Part shown: positions 60,901-64,000 of the stretch, one piece after another
Position numbering within the stretch: the stretch's first letter is position 1
How the letters are laid out: every line of letters starts with the position of its first letter
DNA from: an uncultured Pseudobdellovibrionaceae bacterium
GTDB taxonomy: Bacteria > Bdellovibrionota > FAC87 > UBA2466
Length of the DNA: 64,000 nt
Direction: 5' to 3'
Assembly (NCBI GenBank): GCA_964611895.1
Contig: CAZTDN010000019.1
Location: 577-64,576 of the forward strand
Translations under genes and position numbers: made by a program
The notes under the pieces: model-generated
Database searches by the model: none
Told to the model about the DNA's origin: nothing
What the model saw: only the letters and a program-made list of their open reading frames with translations

Positions 60901-63900
60901 ACTCTTTCTGCGTCGGACCTCGCTTTGAAGTGGTACTCCAAGCGCATCAACCGCACGGAGCTCGATCCGAGCAAAGATGCCGTGGAACAAATCGAGACCC
61001 TGCACCGAGAACACGATGTGGAAAGCCGTTTCCTTGCCGAGCTGTTTCTTTCGAACTTGGAAAAAAATCCAGAGATCTTACCCAACAAAACAGCAGTGTT
61101 TCGAGTCCTGGGCAGCGAACAGCCTTGGCATAATCTCAAATCCGTGGCGCAACAAAGTGGGGCTCCGTGGGAAGCAAAGCTCTTCCAGCGGTATTCCGAT
61201 CTCTCCAAAAAGTACCCGTCCTATAACTACAACCCCGGCCATTCCGAAAAAGTGCAGCGTCTTTTGCTCCGGCGTTTTGAGCAACTCGCTCCCACCGCAG
61301 AGTTGAGCGAAAGGCTTTTGTTGTGGCGCATGATGGCCGGTCGAGGGCCGACCGGAGTGACCGATGCTTACATGGAGAAGCTCGTATCGGAAATGACTCC
61401 GGCTGAGGCGAGTGGGATCTCGCTCAAGGCTCTGGAGAATGGGTGGATTTGGGATCCTCAGATTCGTTCGACGCTCTACAAAAAGTACGCGGAGCCGCGC
61501 CTGGGTCCACAAACTTTGGTAGAGGTCGATCGCGAGCAGTGGAAAAAAACTGCACAACAGCTCCAATCTCACAAGGCAGAACTGCCGTCGATAGAATCCG
61601 CCGAAGCAAAGCAGGAAAAGCTCGGAGAGATTTTGGCTACTTTCGATTCCATGGAGTTTGATGTTCCCAGCGAAAAATCCCGTTTTCGTGCGGAGGTGGA
61701 GGCACAGCTTCTCAAGCCAGATGAGGTCGATTTCGGCAAGGTGATTGAGCCCTTCAAAAAAGGCGGGCACTTTATGGATGCGCGCAACGCAGTTATCCAA
61801 GCCGAGCTGGAAAAGATTTCGGGATACTTTCCGGAGTCGGGCTACGCGGCGGCACACTTGTTTGATTGGGTGAGCCACCGTCTCCAAACGCGGGAGAGCG
61901 AAGCGCGCGGGGTTAAAGATCGTTTTGTCTCTCGAAACACTGAGGAAAAAGATCTCGGGTTTTCGGTGGTGAACGAAATCATCGAAGAAGCCAGTGGTTG
62001 GGATCCAGTAGACAAATGGAAACTGATTCGTTGGTTGCGAGGCGCTGCTGGGCCACCTGAAATCATCGTGAAGAAAATGCGCCGCATGGGGCCCGAGACG
62101 GTGCGGCGTCTGTACAGCACTTTGCCCACGCTCGTGCGCAGCACGTTTATCAGCACCTTGCTCGGAGCCCCCAAAACAGGGTTGCTAGAGAACAGTGGGA
62201 AAAATCTCTACTACGAACAGGTTCTCAACGAGATCATGCCCCGTGGAGAAAAAGCGGCCAATATCGCCAATGATCTGCTGGAGAGTTTTTTGGTCGCCAT
62301 GGAAAGAGTCTCCAATCCCGCAAAACGCCGCGCGGTTCTGTCGTACTTGCTCGCGCACCCAGTGGAGCAATCCGATACGGGAACCGTACTGAAAAACCTT
62401 CTCGAGTCCTATGGAGTTCCCGGGATTAAGCTCGGGCAAACCATGGCCGCGGGAGATTTTCTACCGGAGCATATCCGCAGCAAGCTTGCCGACCTGCACG
62501 ATCGGGCCAAGGAGCCTTATCGTCATGAAATTTTTGAACGATTGAAAGAGACTCTAAAAACCGAACATATCGAGCCACTATTTGTGGTGGAGGATCTGCG
62601 CGGATCGGCGTCGATGAAGTACACCGTCTCTGTCCTAGACGGAGAAGGGAAGCGTCATGCTATCCAGATCAAGCGCGAAGAGGCCGAAGCAGCGCTGCTG
62701 CGCAACTTCGAAGAGCTGCGCATTGTGGTGGACGAGCTTATCAAGAAGTCACCCCAGCTGTATTCCTTTCTCAAGGGCATGGTGCGGGCGACACGGGATG
62801 CGATCCGGCGTGAGTTGAGTCTGGTGCGAGAGGGACAGAAGGCGGATCTGGCCAAGGCTGAGTACTTAAAGCTTCCCCTCAAAGACAATGTCCTGGTCGA
62901 AGTTTCCCAAACCACTCCACTCATTGAAAAAGTTGCAAACGATCCGGCTGCTTTGTACCAGTTGCGAAGCTCGGAGTTTTCGGAAGGTCGAAGTATCAAT
63001 GCATTCCCGCCCTCGGTGCAAGCGCAGATGGCCGAGTTTGTCCTCACAGCCGAATCGGAAATTCTCTTCCCGCAGGACGGTCGATCCACGCACGCGGATC
63101 CCGATCGTCATCCGGGAAACATCCTCTGGGCCGTGGAAGACCAGGGAAAAGAGCTCTTGTACCGTTTTCAGCCCATCGACTGGGGGCAGCAGTTCCAGTT
63201 GACCGAAGCCGATCGAAACCGGGTGGTAGAACTCGTAGCGTTCTCGCAGATTTTTGAGAATGTCGGTGCGGAGCCCGCTCTTGTGGACCGGCTCATCGCG
63301 TTTGTGGGGATCGAGCCGAGCCAGCAGGCGGCCTTGCGCAAAGCGCTGAGCGGGTACTTTCCCAATACAAACGCAAAGCCTCGCTCGATGCTAGGCCCGT
63401 ATTACTTTCTCTTGTCGGCGCTAGAAGGGGCGGGGATGCGGTCGAATATGCTCAACTATGATCTGATCAACGGGATCTTTCGTCTGCAAGCCTACGAGAG
63501 CAAGACGCAGAATAAGAACTACCGATCTCCGAAGAAAGTGTTTACCGATCGGGTGATGAAACGGGTGAGTCAATTAGTCGACGCGACGGGCCCCAAAATG
63601 AGCCGCATTCGGTATGCATTGAACAATTCCAATCCGACCAAGTGGAAAGTCGCCCTACGCAATCAGGGCTTGCACGCCCAGGGCAAGCTCTCCGTAGATA
63701 AGTTTCTGGCCGAAATGGGAGTCTCCTCAGCCACGCGCGACCGCGCGTTGGCGGGCGTGAAACCGGAGCGGGTGGAAGCGTTGTCCACTGCCGAGGGCCT
63801 GACGCACTGGTTGGGCGAAGTGTCCACCAACCCCAAACTCCGCGCTTCTGATCGTGCGCTCATTGGGCGGTGGCTAGCGCACCCTCGGATGGAGTCGGTG

Positions 63901-64000
63901 CAACGCAATCTCCCTCTGCTCACAGCCGAAGATGTGCGTGCGGTCATGAACTCCTCTCAAGTGCTCTCTGAGATTAGCCAAGCCAAGGAAAAGACGCGTT
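57937..64000 (+). CDS. Giant (>2000 aa) secreted protein with degenerate M48-like region and ABC1/AarF/UbiB atypical kinase domain; 3'-truncated
   Basis: ATG overlaps the upstream stop (ATGA); MIRLIYILLLIACG signal; in-frame KLGQ (~62430), GSAS, ELSLVREG, DPDRHPGN (~63100), IDWG; frame spot-checked, and its absence from the ORF track is consistent with no stop before the window end. Confidence 0.85.
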   Translation, partial: MIRLIYILLLIACGTLVVSSRAENEARPPEGDRDPVIRFPQWMEDGEVLLPEEETDAWKPKKYFRRSPLLGTSATEELYNIDRIIQRDFEAQDLEKHWIENYTKVADVAKPPVRVNMANVGGTVFLENILASENQKARRFDSIRFAERHLEDILNALTKPGDPPISVIFGNGFRSRKIETKVDLLRGGVIEIEPGALVDTKNLSELAALFATEIAKIKPEFEAKHVDMLRDLDVPKDVLASEYIRKRIEGMGKGGSEEILNEKRKLLDAYRLALQQEHYALRKENTDVKRLMSETGFKIDVDGVTELRVRQAVDAVDRLTGSPDGTGSEGGFDPWGIVGPKRSRSEIELLGANPKGRIRSALELIFGRASAQNTPQKRSTQAMELEFVEKYVLWLENREQGNFARLKHRGQPLDPSHDAIRANARFAQKFYFGPEMQDIALIGGIGVIALGGYIKGVDVLSSIGTGVSTTWDTGKMGAWNLWSYISSFFTSSNPGPAPVEQPRGPGFLDRIGQWISNVGEWFGGLWPKGEPSTSKWAWKDYLPPMPEWVGEMATWTGKTAYYPLGVIESQVLSPLAEFATRQGWPGVAAVGAVAAAYALERLVAAPIQTRSARFFHRYRINLQEQAHLFNRLRKVVNAGPPSVEDIADLAKHQNLATEFIEAGNGDKYEFLRNRLVYMVLFGKNAAWHQYASKKREYVSNLYNQLIEAVETELKNQTGKDRVPARKVKKLARQILAEDYIDRGSNTPVSGAQQLQGIEGHAQKTQKLLYFMFGALAQRAAETNTTLLLRLIDTKLSEPGLTSADKSALREQLLALSSLPHLRKQVQSKYIAIWRKHFPQDVLGTVHSARQLLELHNGKAVPEFVLRLRARELATEKLPPAELAEVLRALVAMRMHTDAARFLYKHLPEVAAYSHDAQVPPELRAATRKSIATLLAQWRSNYEEKLFPIKEAGKRNFFKIALLLRAAYLSDPKTRFAFGTHLREAVDTATLSASDLALKWYSKRINRTELDPSKDAVEQIETLHREHDVESRFLAELFLSNLEKNPEILPNKTAVFRVLGSEQPWHNLKSVAQQSGAPWEAKLFQRYSDLSKKYPSYNYNPGHSEKVQRLLLRRFEQLAPTAELSERLLLWRMMAGRGPTGVTDAYMEKLVSEMTPAEASGISLKALENGWIWDPQIRSTLYKKYAEPRLGPQTLVEVDREQWKKTAQQLQSHKAELPSIESAEAKQEKLGEILATFDSMEFDVPSEKSRFRAEVEAQLLKPDEVDFGKVIEPFKKGGHFMDARNAVIQAELEKISGYFPESGYAAAHLFDWVSHRLQTRESEARGVKDRFVSRNTEEKDLGFSVVNEIIEEASGWDPVDKWKLIRWLRGAAGPPEIIVKKMRRMGPETVRRLYSTLPTLVRSTFISTLLGAPKTGLLENSGKNLYYEQVLNEIMPRGEKAANIANDLLESFLVAMERVSNPAKRRAVLSYLLAHPVEQSDTGTVLKNLLESYGVPGIKLGQTMAAGDFLPEHIRSKLADLHDRAKEPYRHEIFERLKETLKTEHIEPLFVVEDLRGSASMKYTVSVLDGEGKRHAIQIKREEAEAALLRNFEELRIVVDELIKKSPQLYSFLKGMVRATRDAIRRELSLVREGQKADLAKAEYLKLPLKDNVLVEVSQTTPLIEKVANDPAALYQLRSSEFSEGRSINAFPPSVQAQMAEFVLTAESEILFPQDGRSTHADPDRHPGNILWAVEDQGKELLYRFQPIDWGQQFQLTEADRNRVVELVAFSQIFENVGAEPALVDRLIAFVGIEPSQQAALRKALSGYFPNTNAKPRSMLGPYYFLLSALEGAGMRSNMLNYDLINGIFRLQAYESKTQNKNYRSPKKVFTDRVMKRVSQLVDATGPKMSRIRYALNNSNPTKWKVALRNQGLHAQGKLSVDKFLAEMGVSSATRDRALAGVKPERVEALSTAEGLTHWLGEVSTNPKLRASDRALIGRWLAHPRMESVQRNLPLLTAEDVRAVMNSSQVLSEISQAKEKTR

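Noticed and set aside
58239-63947. Many short ORFs on both strands suggesting a gene-poor or decayed region
   Set aside because: They are shadows of the single long frame starting at 57937 that lacks a stop inside the window.

Overview
Bacterial chromosomal window with moderate GC. The gene content (many sigma54 promoters, Ser/Thr kinase, ACIII-caa3, giant secreted orphan proteins) suggests a Bdellovibrionota/Oligoflexia-like predator; this taxonomy is an inference. In order: the 3' part of a UvrD/Rep helicase; a LemA-TPM-TPM operon; a Ser/Thr kinase plus sigma54 activator plus target gene module; a ~19 kb phosphate cluster (PHP, ppk1, sixA, ppx, GNAT, M14, hydrolase, phoX, pstSCAB, phoU, phoB, phoR, with a metzincin and a HEAT gene between phoB and phoR); acyl-CoA dehydrogenase and etfBA; a full alternative complex III (actABCDEF, actG-like) plus sco and caa3 oxidase operon; then an accessory right third. 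That third holds secreted orphans (five HPD-less J-like domains, a colicin-D/BECR-like RNase, a caspase-like protease, a >2000 aa pseudo-M48/ABC1-kinase protein), tRNA-Gly(CCC), and a RAYT-type Y1 transposase next to a gene bracketed by palindromic direct repeats. Best candidates for something new: (i) the RAYT plus palindrome-flanked, self-promoted gene cassette; (ii) a terminal C-x-F-x-x-L tag shared by three unrelated secreted proteins; (iii) a non-canonical 11-bp-period Pho box. All protein assignments come from motif recognition, not database searches.
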